Shown: positions 29,201 to 62,670 of the stretch, piece by piece
How the letters are laid out: every line of letters begins with the position of its first letter
How positions within the stretch are numbered: the first letter of the stretch is position 1
Source of the DNA: Paraspadella gotoi
Taxonomy: Eukaryota > Animalia > Chaetognatha
Direction: 5' to 3'
Assembly (NCBI GenBank): GCA_051294375.1
Contig: CM119264.1
Coordinates: 13,350,813 to 13,414,812, forward strand
Length of the DNA: 64,000 bases
Position numbers and translations under genes: made by a program
The notes under the pieces: model-generated
Seen by the model: only the letters and a program-made list of their open reading frames with translations
What the model was told of the DNA's origin: nothing
Databases searched by the model: none

Positions 29201-32200
29201 CCCCGAACAGCTGTTGTTGTTGGCGCGAAGGCCTGATTTGCGTCGCATCTCTTTAGACACGCCTGACTACACGGGTAAGTAATTACAGGTTATCCACCAA
29301 TACGTTTTTTGCCCAATAGGTCCATCTAAACTGCCTTCTCTATTTACCCAACCCCCCTACTTAAGACGTGGTCCTCAAAGTAGATGGGGTAAAACACGCG
29401 ATTGCGATCGACTATGACCCCCTGGACGGTTTGGTCTACTGGACCGACGACGAGGTCAAGGCTATTCGGAGGGCTGACCTCGACGGAAACGGCGCTGAGG
29501 ACGTTGTCACCACTGAAGTCGATCATCCTGATGGAGTTGCTGGTAAGGAACGGGGGAGTGATAATGAAAAGGAAGCATTGGTTACGGATGTTTGATTTTA
29601 TGTACGTTTAGGCAAACTGTTTTATCTATAGTTTAAAGTGTTTCAAACTCTGGATCCAACGAGTACAGTAAATGTATTTTTTATAACCGTACTGAGTCAC
29701 CGTATACATTTGTAAAGTGACAGTACGCTTGAGACACAAGTTTTATTTTAATCTATTATCAGTCGATTGGGTGGCCCGAAACCTCTACTGGACGGATACT
29801 GGAACTGACCGAATCGAAGTCGCCCGCCTTAACGGAACCTCTCGTCGTGTGCTGGTTTCGGATCGATTGCACGAACCGCGCGCCATTGCTCTTGACCCTC
29901 AAAAGGGCTGGATGTACTGGACGGACTGGGGAAAACAGCCAAAGATTGAGCGGGCCTGGCTTGGTACGATGACTTCAATTTAGATTCTTTTATGAATTCA
30001 AACTTGTTTTAATATTAGATCGATGATCAATTAATGTAGTATTATTTATGTTGTACAGTTTTAAAACTTCAAGCCCTAAATATTTTTTTTGTAAAGATGG
30101 CAACGGCCGCGAGGTTCTCGTCAATAAAAGTCTCGGTTGGCCCAACGGGATTGCCCTCGATCTCGAGGCTGGCAAGATGTACTGGGGCGACGCCAAGACA
30201 GATAAAATTGAAATGGCCGACTTGGACGGCTCCAAGCGCAAAACGCTCGTCCAGGATCTCCCGCACATTTTTGGCTTTTCCCAATTGGGCGACTACGTCT
30301 ATTGGACAGATTGGCAGCGACGAAACATCGAACGCGTCCACAAGCACACCGGAAAAAACAGCGAAATGATTATCGACCAGCTCCCGGATTTGATGGGGCT
30401 GAAGGTTGGTCGCAAAATTGATTGCGGTTCTCAGCCTCAGAAAGTTTCTTTTCTTTGCTGTTGTACTACTTTATACGTTATATACTTTATTTATTACTTT
30501 AAGGCCGTCAACGTCCGGCACGCCAAAGGCACCAACGGATGCGCGGGTGAAGAGAACGGAGGATGTTCCCATCTGTGCCTTAATCGTCCCGATGGCAAAA
30601 TCTGCGCCTGTCCCATGGGACTAGAGTTGCTCGCCAACGGACGGCAGTGTATCGTGCCCGAGGCGTTTTTGCTCTTCACTCGGCTTCATGACATTAGAAG
30701 AATCTCTTTGGAGTTGACGGGTAAGGGAGACAGCGATAATATGAAATGGTGCAAGACGAACGTGGCAAACAGAAATTCTCCATTCTTTTCAGAGCACAAC
30801 GACGTTCCGATTCCCCTCCAAGGGGTCAAAAAAGCCTCGGCTCTGGATTTCGATATTCGCGAAAATCGTATCTATTGGACGGATGTCGAACTTAAGAAGA
30901 TATCAAGAGCGTACATGAATGGGTAGGCTTTTGTTTGATGCACTAAAGGCTAAAGGCCAAGAAAAAAAAGAAAAAAAGAATGACCAGAATAAAAATCGAT
31001 TTAGGAGCAACATGGAACACATAGTCGAGTTTGGGCTCGACTTTCCAGAAGGAATGGCCATCGACTGGGTCGCCCACAATATTTACTGGGCCGACACAGG
31101 AACACAGAAGATTGAGGTTGCCCGGCTGGACGGTAGGGCACGGCGAGTGCTCATCTGGGAAAACCTGGACAGTCCTCGACGTATCGTTTTGGATCCTCAG
31201 GGTAAATTCCATTAAGCAAAATAAAAAACGAAGTAAAACACACATGTTGTGAACTACGATTCATTATGTAATGTAAAACTATCAAAAGTTTCATCAACGC
31301 TAACGATCTCAACCACAATTACACATAATTCTTAATAAATCATCCCTTTCTCTTCCAGAGGGCTGTATGTACTGGACAGATTGGGGCGTTCCTCCTCGCA
31401 TCGAAAAGGCTTTTTTGGATGGTAGCCGTCGACGTCTCTTGCTCGGTGGTGACCAAGTGGGTCGCATCAACGGATTCACAATCGATTACGGATCGACATT
31501 GGAAGACGAGGACGAGTCGCCGAGGGCGAGGCGCCTCTATTGGACCGGTTGGTCTCTTTTGTTTCGCAGCTGAGATGTGAAAGATGATTGTTTAGCTTCA
31601 ACCATTTTCTCTCGCCTATCCACTGCCTCAGACATGGACCTTGGTCACATCGCGACGGCGACTACGGAAGGGACGGATCTACGCGTGGTGGTCCGTTCCG
31701 ATCTTCAGAATCCCTTCGGCCTAACGCAGTATCAGGATTACCTCTACTGGACCGACATGGAGACGCAGAAGATTGAGCGAGCCAATAAACGTACGGGACT
31801 CAATCGAACAGTCGTGCAAAGCAACCTAGATTACGTTATGGACATTCAGGTGACAGGGACCTTGAACTCATTGTTGATTTTCGAGAAAAACGTTTAATTT
31901 AAAATGAAACAAATTAGGTTTACCACCAATCCCGACAAGGAGGTTGGAATCCCTGTGCCGTCGACAACGGCGGCTGCTCCCATCTTTGCTTGGCGTTTCC
32001 GGTTACCCGTCCGATTGGCGGCGCCGCGGCATCAACCACGACGCCTCTTTCGACCCCAGCGCGAGAATGGGGCCCTGGTGTAGCGCCTCCAGAAAAGATC
32101 TCGCTCGCCAGCGGGGAAACGTTAGATTTAGGAGAGGAAGAGGAGGGGGGAAGGCAGGAAAGAGCCCCTAGAAGTCCCAGGAGGATAAAAAGAAAAGTCG

Positions 32201-35200
32201 GTGATTCAGGTAAGTACTATGAACTACCAAGAGATGTTGGAAGAAATCATTCTCGCAAACCTGTCTATGCATTTTTACAGAGCCTCTCCCCGCCAAAAAT
32301 CTTGATCGTCCTTCATCTCCCGAAGAGGATGAGCTACCTCCATTTTTTCGCACTGGTCCTCCGCCTGTTGGTTCCGTCGTCTCTCGATGCGCTTGCCCGA
32401 CTCATTACACTCTTAACAGCGTCAACAACGCCACCTGCGACCCGCCGAGAGAGTTCGTGCTCTTCTCGCAGAAGTATGAATCGTTTGAATTTCGTGTTTT
32501 CCCGTTTTGGTCTCTTATCTTTTTATTTTTAATCCTTTCGACCCGACCAGATCAACGATTAGCCGTCTTGTTAACCGCCCAACTGAATATAAAGAAATTG
32601 TTCTTCCCATCCCTGCTCTAAAAAATGTTCGAGCCATCGAGTACGATCCTGGTACGTGTATCGTAATGGGTTCAAGCTATGCCTAAAAAACCTGTCGCAA
32701 TTGAGCTTTTGGCTTAAATGAGACCCGTTTATTATTAATTTATCCCTTTTTAATTTTTTTCCTATTTATTCCATCCTGCACTAGTGGACAACCATGTCTA
32801 CTGGATCGACGGACGAGCCAAAATGATCCGCCGCTCTTCGCCATCGGGGCGTAAGGCGCAAACGATCGTCGCGGGAAACGACGACTATGCTATTCAACCA
32901 TACGACATGGCGCTCGAACCTTACTCACGGTAAGCTGATGTATAATTATTGATCTTACTTTCGTTTCACTGTATGTACTATTTAATTATGTAATTTATAT
33001 CATTCGTAAATTTTCTAGAACCATCTATTGGACTTGTGAACGAAACAACGCCATTAACGTTACCCGCCTTCCTCGAACGGCGGGAGGGGGAGGCGGACGA
33101 TCTCACGTTTGGGGCGTCAACATCGGTGCCATGTTTAGGTCGGAGGCGGAAGAGGAGATGCGACCCCGATCGATCGTCGTCGACCCCATCCGTGGCCTCG
33201 TTTTCTGGACGAACATGTTAACCAAGCCTAAAATCGAGAGGGCCAATTTGGACGGTTCTGACCCTTTCACCATTAAACTCAGCTCTTTGGGTAAGTGCAT
33301 CGACTAATAAAAAAAACAATATTTGGAGACAGCAAATACCTCTCGGGCTAATTTTCATCTTTCATGAATCTTAGGAAAACCAGAAGTGCTGGCACTCGAC
33401 GTACACTCAGGCGGTAGTCACGACTCGGCGCCTACTCAGCGCCTTTACTGGATAGACAGCGAACTTAAATACCTGGAATCCAGCGACTACGACGGCAAAG
33501 ATCGGAAGATGATCGTCCGGTCCAAGGACTTGCTGCAGCCCAACGGGTTGGCGGTTTTTGGAGAATATCTCTACTTCATCGATGCCAAGAGAAAATCGTT
33601 GGACAAAGTCAACAAAGTAAAACTAGGAGAATAGTGTTTATTTTAATAATTAATATTTATTTTTCGATCCATATAGTTAATCTTTTTTATTCACATTTAA
33701 GAAAACTGGCAAGGATCGTCGCGTCGTCGTCTCTCGCGTGGACCATCTCTCGGACATTGTCTCGGTCCGCGTACGACCCAAAGATCACTACCGTCAACAT
33801 CCCTGCTACCCCGTTAAGTTTCCCGGGGGCGGAAAATTTTCCAAGGGCTGCTCCCACCTCTGTTACTTTGCTCAGGAGCACCCCGCGCAGGCGTAAGTAG
33901 CGAATCTTGACAGTATGCTCGTGCTTATTATAGTCGCCAACGAATTTAAATATTAATGATGTACGTAAACTGTTTTGCATCGCCCAGACCTGTGGTGCCA
34001 TCAAGGCATCAAGGAAAAGCGTCTTCTTCCCCGCGTGATCTTGCCAAATGCGGTTGTCCCGCCGATCTCGTTCTCGCTAACGCTCAGGACTGTCGCCAGC
34101 GGGAAACTTGCGAAAGGTAATACTAATAGATCCAATTTAAGTTTTCGTTTTTATTTCCGTATAAACCATTCATCGGCTAGTTAATCACTATTTACTTCTG
34201 TTCTCTAACCATAGTACGTATTTCAAATGCGCCACGGGCCGAATGCCTTGCATCCCACCAAAGTACGTGTGCGACGGATTCCGTGAGTGCGACGACGGAA
34301 GCGACGAGCAGAACTGCCACGCATTGTGAGTTGTTTAAATAGTGGATGTAGTTTAATGAAAGCGTCTGGCCCAAATATTTATCAACATTTGATCCTAATC
34401 AGATGCACACCGCTGCACATGAAGTTCGCTTGTCGCGACGCCAACGCCCCGGGAGCCCCGGTCGGAATTCCCAAGTGCCTCTCACTACTCAAACGATGTG
34501 ACAAAGTTAGGGACTGTCGCGACGGCTCGGACGAGGACGGCTGTCTCTGTCTCGGTAACTTCTGGGTAGTTTTAGGTCATTGTTTTACTTATTATACTAT
34601 TTAATCTTATTCTAGACCCGAATCAATTCGAATGCGTGAAAGATCAAGAGTGCATTCTGGCTTCTCGACGTTGTGACGGCGTCGCTCATTGCACCGACGG
34701 AACCGATGAGATGGGATGCTCTCACACAGAATCCACCACTGTGAGTATTCGTTCTTCGTATCATAGCTACAAATTTATACCCTAAAAAACATATGGTTGC
34801 AAAGTTTATGTGAATAGTTTCCTTTTCTCACGAGCTTTATATTATCATTTGCCAATTTTTTTTATTAAAAAAAGTCTTAACACGTCTTGGATTTTTTCCA
34901 GAACGTGCAAGGGCCGATGCTCGACCCCAATCAGCCACACTATGCGATTGGTGCCATCGTGGGCATCGTTCTCGTCATCGTCGTTATGGGATTTGTCGCC
35001 TTCAAATGTTGCCCTAGAAAAGGACCCGCTCCTTACGAAGGTGAGTTTTATAAGAGGCGTTATTAGTATGTTTTTCAAATATTCGGGAGTTATTACTAGA
35101 TTTCATCAAATATTTTTTTGTACGCAAGGAGATGGCAGTGTGAAACTTTGGTTTGTTTCGACGTCTTTCTTATTTCCTCCTGATACCCTTTTTGCTACTT

Positions 35201-37700
35201 TATCCTTTTCCCCGTTCTCGCTTTTTTTCTCTTTTATGACGTCATTGGTGGCGTTGTTGTTGTTGCAGTTAACGTGACATATATCTACAATCTTTTTTCT
35301 CCCTTCGATGGTGGAGCCGCAGACTATACCACAGATGCTTCCTTTAATCGTAACATGACAACGTTTCCATCTGGGCGAACACCTTTGACGAAAAGAAATG
35401 AATAATTCTAAGCGGGAAGGATGAACATCTTCTTTCAGAACTTGACGCCAAAGTTTTCATATCCTCACGTTTTATTCCATACATTCGGCTATCGCATCTC
35501 TCCCTAACCTGTCGCAAGTTCGATGTCCGCAAGGGAAAAACGTGACGTCGACGGGCGTCTGCTCGCAGATACCGCATGTTCGAAGCTTGCTATTCGCGAC
35601 GACGACGACGGATGGACAGCTTTTCGGAAAAGTCGGGAGAATCCTCTCCGTCAAGAACCTGTCGAAATTCCAACATTTTAAAAGCTGCGCCACGGATTCA
35701 ATCTTCACTGATCGGTTCAATCTGCCTGATGTTCCCTAAGAACCCCTTCTCGACGGCCAGGTGCAGCGGCGTCTTGCCCGATCGATCGGTGAGACGCACG
35801 TCTGCCCCCAGATTCTCCAATAGAAGCAGAAAATCCTCTCTGTCTTCCGACTCGGCGACGATATGCATCGGGGTTTTTCCGTCACATTCACGACGAGCGT
35901 CGAGGTCGAGTCCGATCGCCGCCAATGCCGACGTGGAGACGGGGTTAAAACGAGATGCGGCAATGTGAATGAGGGTCTCCCCTGAAGTTTGAAAGTTCAC
36001 TTTCACACAGCGTTATCATCACCTAGCCTGGCGAAAACCCATCGTGTCCGCTCGACACCTTTATCACTTTTCCATCGCAAATTCGCCCCTTCGCCCACGA
36101 GAAAAAGAATCACATCCTCGCTCGTAGCGCAGGCGGCTGCTGTTGCAAGAGGTGTCCTTCCTTCTGCGTCAATTGCGTCTACCTCCGCTCCTCCGTCGGT
36201 CAAAGCCCTGGCCGTTTCGAGGCGCTCGTGCTCCACCGCCGCGTGGAAGGCCGTGCGACCGAGTGGGTCTCTAGCGTCTAAGGCTGTGACTGGATGGCTG
36301 AGAAGAAAGGAGGCAACGAAAGCGAGATTCCCATCGACTGCGGCCGCTAGGAAGTCCTTTTTTATGGGTGATAGATTAAATAATTTAGAATTTTCTTAAA
36401 CGACGTAAAAATCATACTCGCCTTAACGTCTTTCTCGCTGACAGCTTCTATCTCCTCAAACTCCGAATCAGACTCTGAAAGCCCGAAAACAACCATTTCT
36501 AGTAGGATATTGACTCTCGAGCCGATCTAGTTCCCTTTGGAAGCTCGTTACAACCGAAGCCCTCTCGGCAAGACAGCCAGCGCCCAGTCGCTGACTAAGT
36601 CAACCATGGACATCTTGTATTTTTATAGAGCAAAATAAAAAAATGTATTAATAAAGAAATAAAAAATTTATTTGGCTTTTACCCTTTTGTACGACTCTTG
36701 GTCAACGTTAAACCCCCTTTTTTTAAGCCGCTGCTAATCATTATCGCGTTTTGTATTCTCCTAGAAAGGAGCAACAGAAAACAAAGATCAACCTCGACTA
36801 AAATAAAAATGACTAAATTTTCAGGCCCGGAAATGCCCGGTATGGCGCCTCACGAGCTGCTTATGATGAACAGGCGCCATCTGCACTCAAGTAACGAGAC
36901 AGCTACGACGCATGTTCGTAGTTCGTCAAGGGTGAGTGATTTTAATTTTTCTATTAGTGGTGTGTAATCGAATATATATTAAACATTGAGTGACTGACTA
37001 ATTAGGTTTTTGTTCATTATCTACAGGCTTCGTGGGGAGTAGGACCATACCTCGGCCAGCCAAGTTCCGTTAGTGCCCCAAATCGCGTCGGGCCCCCTGT
37101 CCCGCCCGGAAAGGCTCAAGTCACGACTGGAGCCGGTGGCCCTATTATGGGGTCATCGAGCTCTTTCTATGATCGAAATCACGTTACGGGTGTGTCGTGA
37201 GTCGTTTGGAAGAAAGTTTAACTTGCCGTTTTTTTCAGACTCTTTTTTTAACATAGACCCTTCTCATTCAAATAACGTTTTCGTCCCAACTGCTCATTTG
37301 CTTTCCCGAACTCATTTTCTTTTCCAACCACTCTCCCTTCCCAGGTGCCTCGTCATCCTCCTCCTCAACGGGGGCCAAATTCCCCCTCGAAGTGATGGGT
37401 CCTCCCCCTTCTCCCGCTACCACAGAACGAAGCCACTCAGTGGTCGGCGCTATGGGGAGTGGGAGGCCTCGTGGGCGGGGCAAGGACCCGGTATCGTCAG
37501 GTGGAAGTGGGGAAGTTGGCGACTCGGCAGCAGGTAGTAGTTAAAAGTTAATTCAATCGGTTGGTTCTCGATTGATTGGACCATTTGTGTTTATTGATCG
37601 ATGAATGGTTTTGTATTTTGTGAGTAATCAAACATCAAACGAAAAAAAATTTTGCTTGAAGTAAACGTATTATTTTCATTTTCAGCGCAAAATTAATTTC

Positions 37701-37765
<65 letters not shown>

Positions 37766-39234
37766 TAGTTGATTGCGAAGGTTTCCAACAAAGAATTGAG
37801 AAAAGGACTGTAATAGATTATAGAGTGAAGACATCTTAGAGAAACTCTCTCTCCATACCAAATCTGTAAAATTTTTTCACAACTCATTTTGCGCTGATGA
37901 TAGCTAATATATTAGCCGTATCATGTACGTTCAACAAACAATTTTTTTTAATTCCAATTTCAAATGCAACGAAAAGATAAGTCCGAAACAATAACGTAAT
38001 ATACAACACGTTTTTATTTTTTGTGTCCAATCTCAAAAGGTTCCACAGAAAAGTACCAAGTCCCACTTGGCAGCCGGAGCAGCTCTTACGCGGCCAATCT
38101 CCAATGCGATGGTTACCTCACCGAATCGTCTCTTTCACCATCCGTGGCCAGCTTCCAGCCCGGCCACTACCACCTGCCTGCACAGTCCCGTCCTTTTCGT
38201 CCCGTCGGTCCAGAGGGGCCTTTGCCAGGCGGAATCGTTGCCCCTCCCTCTGCGTCCAAAACGCCTTCCTCCACTCAGTATCCGTATCCCTACCACCACG
38301 CCCGCTACCACATCCCCCCTCCTCCTACCACCCCTTGTTCCACCGACGTCAACGAAGAGAGTGAGCGAGAGGCGTTTCAGGTGGACGAGGCAAGGGAGGC
38401 GCCTCCACTGGATAGCGGGGCGGCGTTGTTGCCTGGACCCGGCGTCGGCATTCACGCCTCGCTGCCGAGAAGATCTAATCGGAGGAGTCGGAGGACCAGA
38501 AATCAAATGCATTTTGGAGGTGAGGTTGATGTGGTTATTCATAGTTTAATTGAAAAGAGAAAGTTGTTAAATTCTTCTCGACATGAAGCTTTTCTTTTTG
38601 TTCCTCGAAGGCTTTACTGCTCAATACCCTTACCCCGTGGGATCGCGTCGGTTCCCCTCTGCCAACGATGTTGAGGCGGCGACGAACGCTCCGGGGGGTG
38701 TGGTTGGCGAATCCGACTATTACGGCGTCGCCCCCATCGCCCATCACCCCCATCGCCATCCTCCTCCGCCTCCATCGTCCTCCTGCGCCTCTCCACCGCC
38801 CCCTGTTCGTGATTCAGGGAGGACATATCGAAGGGGTAAGAACAAGATTTGCCTAAAATCAGAAAAGTATTCGTGAAAATAATCATTAAATATTATTTGC
38901 TGAACGTTGATAGTTTTCTGCTTTGATTTTTCTCTCCAGGTGCCCCTCCCCCCACCCCCCGCTCGGCCCAGTATCTCTCGGCGGCAGAGTTGAGCGCCGT
39001 GGAGCCACTGGATGAAGACGAAGAGGACGAAGGCGCAACTTCCGGTGGGGAGGGCCCTTCGTGTCCACCCTCTCCAATCACGGAGCGAAGTTACAATCAG
39101 GTACAAAGAAATTCGGAATTCTCTATTACGTGTAAATTTTAATTCGGATTCAAATTTGATTTTACGCTTTACAGACACAATACTTACACTTCGCACCTCC
39201 ACCGTCGCCGGTGGGTGGCCAGTCAGACTGTTAA
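26251..39234 (+). CDS. LRP5/6: Low-density lipoprotein receptor-related protein 5/6 (Wnt co-receptor, arrow orthologue); many short exons
   Basis: Signal peptide exon, then [11 protein letters not shown]; four YWTD propeller+EGF units ([42 protein letters not shown]); three LDLa repeats (~34070-34740); TM (~34945-35005); five cytoplasmic motifs GPPPSP, PPPTTP, APPPTP, CPPSP, APPPSP; stop TAA at 39232-39234. Confidence 0.97.
26699..26932 (-). mobile_element. Solo LTR with tRNA-like head (family 2, second copy) in an LRP intron
   Basis: Reverse-complement homologue of 2002-2241 with the same termini and its own 4-bp TSD GGAG (26695-26698, 26933-26936). Confidence 0.78.
35195..36496 (-). CDS. 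Ankyrin-repeat + RING finger protein (Mind bomb C-terminus-like putative E3 ligase), nested antisense in LRP intron 35041-36824
   Basis: About 5 ankyrin repeats ([45 protein letters not shown]), then spliced [30 protein letters not shown], resembling Mib RING1 (CxxC..LFxPCGH..CxxCSPRxKKC); about 5 exons; stop TAG at 35195. Confidence 0.82.
37890..37931 (+). ncRNA. Degenerate minimal hammerhead ribozyme core (Penelope-like remnant)
   Basis: GCG CTGATGA T AGCTAAT-AT-ATTAGCC GtAtC AT GTA CGTT: the GAAA box is mutated; the CAACGAAAAGATAAG tail lies downstream. Confidence 0.45.
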
Positions 39235-40561
39235 AAAATACTGAAACGCCTACTAACATCGCCCTAACCTTCGCCTTTAATATCGCCTTACCGATCGAAC
39301 AATCAAATTTATGTCTACCTCCTTTCATTCGCATTTGTCCTTTGCCATTCTTTTGTTTCAAATTTCGCTAAGTATATTGTCAAATTTAAAGATATTACCA
39401 AGGTCCTCAGTAAATATTGTGACTATATTTTTACAGTATGAGATATGTTGAAAACAAATTTGTTATATTATTAACGTCATTGTTAAAATTTAGGGCCTAC
39501 TACGAATTGATTTAGAAAGCTTAACATAATTTCCGTCTTCGAAATTTTAAATGGCGCCATTTTGAAAAAATTTAAATCTTGTGTAAAAATTTTGATAAAC
39601 TAATACAACTAAAGACTGAGTACGAATAATGAGATTTCGTAATTTTAAGTAGGCTATATTAAAACCGCGTCGTTTTTCATTTCCTTTTCAGTTGGTTTGC
39701 ATTGAAAGCTTTTTACAGTAGTGCCGATGTAATAAGATTTACATTAAAGTTTTACAATTGCAGAGAATATTATTATTACCGAGCGTACCCAAACGTATGT
39801 TGAGATTTTTTTTCCACATTGATTATTCTGTTAATGTTATTTAAATCGCGTACAAAGTTCATGTATGTACGCTCAACATTGTTTACCAAGTTTTTTGAAA
39901 ATATAGCATACAAATATGCTTTCGATATTGTTTACCAGTTTTTACTGATTATGGTTGTTGTTTGAATCGGAACCTAAACGCTTGACGCCGTTCCGATATT
40001 TTATATAATCTCCAGTACGTACGTTGTTTGTACGTTTTTTAAAAAAAGTATTGGCTTACTACTTATTTTTTACTTGGTTTTCCGTCTCCAGGGTAAATTT
40101 TGAAGTTAAATAGCATAAGGAACTTTTTCGAACTTCTACATATTAGCTAATTCGTTTGGAAAAATTGGAAATAAAAATGTATTCACCTATCAGCTATCAA
40201 GTTATACTCCTATATATTCACTAGTTTTATGCCCGATTTTTGAGTCATATCCACCCCCCCATACCCTACAATTTTTCTTACTTGATAAGAATCCTTGAAT
40301 TTGTTTTGTTAGCTAAAGTTTTGCAGCTCGCGAGCAGAATATCACTAACCTATTGGTTTCACTGGAAGATCGGCTGCCAACATCTCCCCCCCCCATTCCC
40401 GTTTTTCTAATTTGAAGCATCCCCAAAGCGAAGGCCTTAACTTAGTCTTTAGACTTGAGCTCTAAGCGCATTGCTCATCTGTTCTGCCTCCCTTTCTTCC
40501 CTTCTGCGGCGCTGCTCTCTTCCGCCACTCGAGACTCAGCGAGATGTTCCAGATTACAAAC

Positions 40562-40571
40562 ATCACGTGAC
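40562..40571. promoter_or_regulatory. E-box/CLEAR-like motif ATCACGTGAC just upstream of the sorting nexin ATG
   Basis: Palindromic TCACGTGA ~40 nt before the ATG at 40606; a short motif with no functional evidence. Confidence 0.25.
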
Positions 40572-40605
40572 TTCTCACGTATCCTGGCTCCTCGGTGAAG
40601 TAAAA

Positions 40606-60316
<19,711 letters not shown>

Positions 60317-60659
60317 AATAAGCCGCAACTGGAATTGCCGCACTCGTTCCGGAAATCTTCAAATCTCAACTTGATACTTGCTGATTTTTACCGAGGATCG
60401 TCACCCTTTTTTCGTCTTAAAATTAAACTGTCATGTTGAATTAAAGGTGTTTCGGAGAAAAGATTTTAAAACCTGCATTTTTTAGTTATTTTAAAATTTT
60501 TCTCTTCGGCTCTGTTTTGTCTTATCTTAGACTCCTTAACTCGGGTGTTTTTTTAAATCTCCAAGTACCTACTTATATCCGAAATTGGTGCATTTTCCTA
60601 TTTTGTTAATATGTATACGCTACTTATAAAACTTTGAAAGATAGCTCTTAAAACTTGTA

Positions 60660-61581
60660 CAGTAGCATCCGTCTAGAATTTCTGATACGGCAAGCTCTCT
60701 AACTCGAGTACAAATGATAATTTGAAAGCGAGTTTTTGTCTTGTTATGTGGCTACTCCCCCTTCGGTAAGCCATTGCTCTACGACCACTTTTGGGACATA
60801 GCAGTTTTGTAAAAAGTTATCTTGAGTGGGATTCGAATCCTATCATTCCATTCCGTGTCAAAGTCTTAGTTTTTAACCACTCCGCCATCTTGTAATTTAA
60901 AAAAAAATTTCAAAAACCTTAATATAAATTTTGGTTTTCCAACTTTGATTATTCTTTTTTGAAACGATTTCATTCTTTCATTCTCTCAATCATTAGCCTA
61001 TTTTTTTGGTTTTTGATTGTAAAAAAATATTAATATAATGAACTTTACTAAAAGAAGAGATAATAGCTATGATCCGTCCAGGAAGGTTGCAGAATGTTGT
61101 CATTCCGCCACAAAGAACTGAAACGTTTTAATTATTTATATTATAGAGATCCCTCAGAAACTCGTAAATAATAAAACACAAGCAACGTGAAAACGTTCGA
61201 AGTCGTGGCTTAACAACGAGGCAACTGCCTCCGACTTTTCCTAAATTTCAAACATGAATGAATTTTTTGTTTCCCCAAAAAAATTAAAAACAAACCTACA
61301 GCTTTATATAATTTAATTTGAACGACATTTTTTTGAAAATCATTTGGCCGAGTGCTGAGCGCGCCGGATTTAAACGTTACGAAGAGTTTTCAGGTTCAAA
61401 TATGGCCGAAGTTACTTTTTACCATAAGTTCTGATGTCCCAAAATTGGTGGTAGAGCCATGGCTTACCGATGGGGGAGTAGCCATATGTGTACTCGATAT
61501 CAAGACAAAAACTCTTTCAAATTATGATTTGTACTCGAGTTATAGAGCTTGCCGTCTCAGAAATTCTAGACGGATGCTACG
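60660..61581. mobile_element. Non-autonomous DNA transposon with ~160-bp TIRs (possibly Tc1/mariner-type, TA flanks)
   Basis: CAGTAGCATCCGTCTAGAATTTCTGA...TTTTGGGACAT (60660-60820) is inverted at ~61410-61581; contains a tRNA-like fragment (minus strand TGGCGGAGTGG...GATTCGAATCC, ~60825-60890). Confidence 0.7.
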
Positions 61582-62670
61582 TAGAAATTTAACTGGGATC
61601 TTGCGAATTAACCAGGGACAAAATTGTGGCTTATAATGGGGCTGGTTTCGTCTTTCACGTTCCATGACATGCTTATTCTAGTCAAAAACTTGGTTATCCC
61701 TGACATAAAATTTGTTTTTTCCGTCATTAGGCTATAAAATAATTCCCTCGCCCGTAAATTTTTTTATCTCAGCGCAGATTATAATTTTATCATTTTGATT
61801 CTCCGATTGTATTTTTTTAAATATTGCATCCGTTATAGTAATTTACCACGTAGACAAATTAACATGCAAAGCAGTTAAAGATGAAGTAAGCAAGCTTTTG
61901 TTAACTACATTTTAAAAGGAAGGCCATAATTTAATTGATAGTTTTTTAATTATTTTTGATTGTTTTTAATGACGATTGGAATATACGGCGAATTTTTAGC
62001 GTCGTTTTACTAAATTACTGTTTGTACGAAAGAAAAATAATGATTTTGTATGAATGCTTAAAAAAGCGATACCCTTTTCAGACCTCCGGATCCCTAAACC
62101 GATTGTAATAAGCGACAACGATTCGCAAGTAGGTAAATCAGGTCCGGAGACTTTTTTTGTTTGAAGGCGTGTCTTTTGGGGGCATCCTTCATTTTGAGAA
62201 AAAATGCTTGTTTTACCCCATTTTGTTTTTTTCTGTAGTATCTTAAACATTTTAATTAATATTTGTATTTGAATTGTTGCTCATGCCACTGAGTGTTGAG
62301 AGATTGTAAGACGAAAACCAATATTTATGAAATTAATTAGGTACTAAAACGCTTAGTTTATGAATAATTAAAAATGGACTAAAATTGTGTTCCACGTTAT
62401 TTTATTATCGATGGGTTTATTATTATTATTATCGTCATCATTATTATTATTTTAAAACGCTTAAATTCCATTTTGATATTCGCAATTGTATATTTAATTG
62501 TAGCTTCATTCTAGAAGTTGCATTTTGATTTTAAAATGTTTCCGAATTATACTTATCATGTTTAACAGATTAATATTACACGAAAACATACAAATTTCTC
62601 GTTTATCTATTTTTTTATATGCTTAACGAGTTAAAAGCTGAGTTGATATGCAATGGGTAAGATAGCTTAT

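Noticed and set aside
35660-36430. GC-AG introns in the ankyrin-RING gene
   Set aside because: Nearby GT donors in the same phase (GAC|gttaag, GG|gttctt) also keep the frame, so GC donors cannot be asserted without cDNA.
38940-38975. Apparent loss of the third LRP PPP(S/T)P motif
   Set aside because: Careful reading gives [14 protein letters not shown], so all five motifs are intact.
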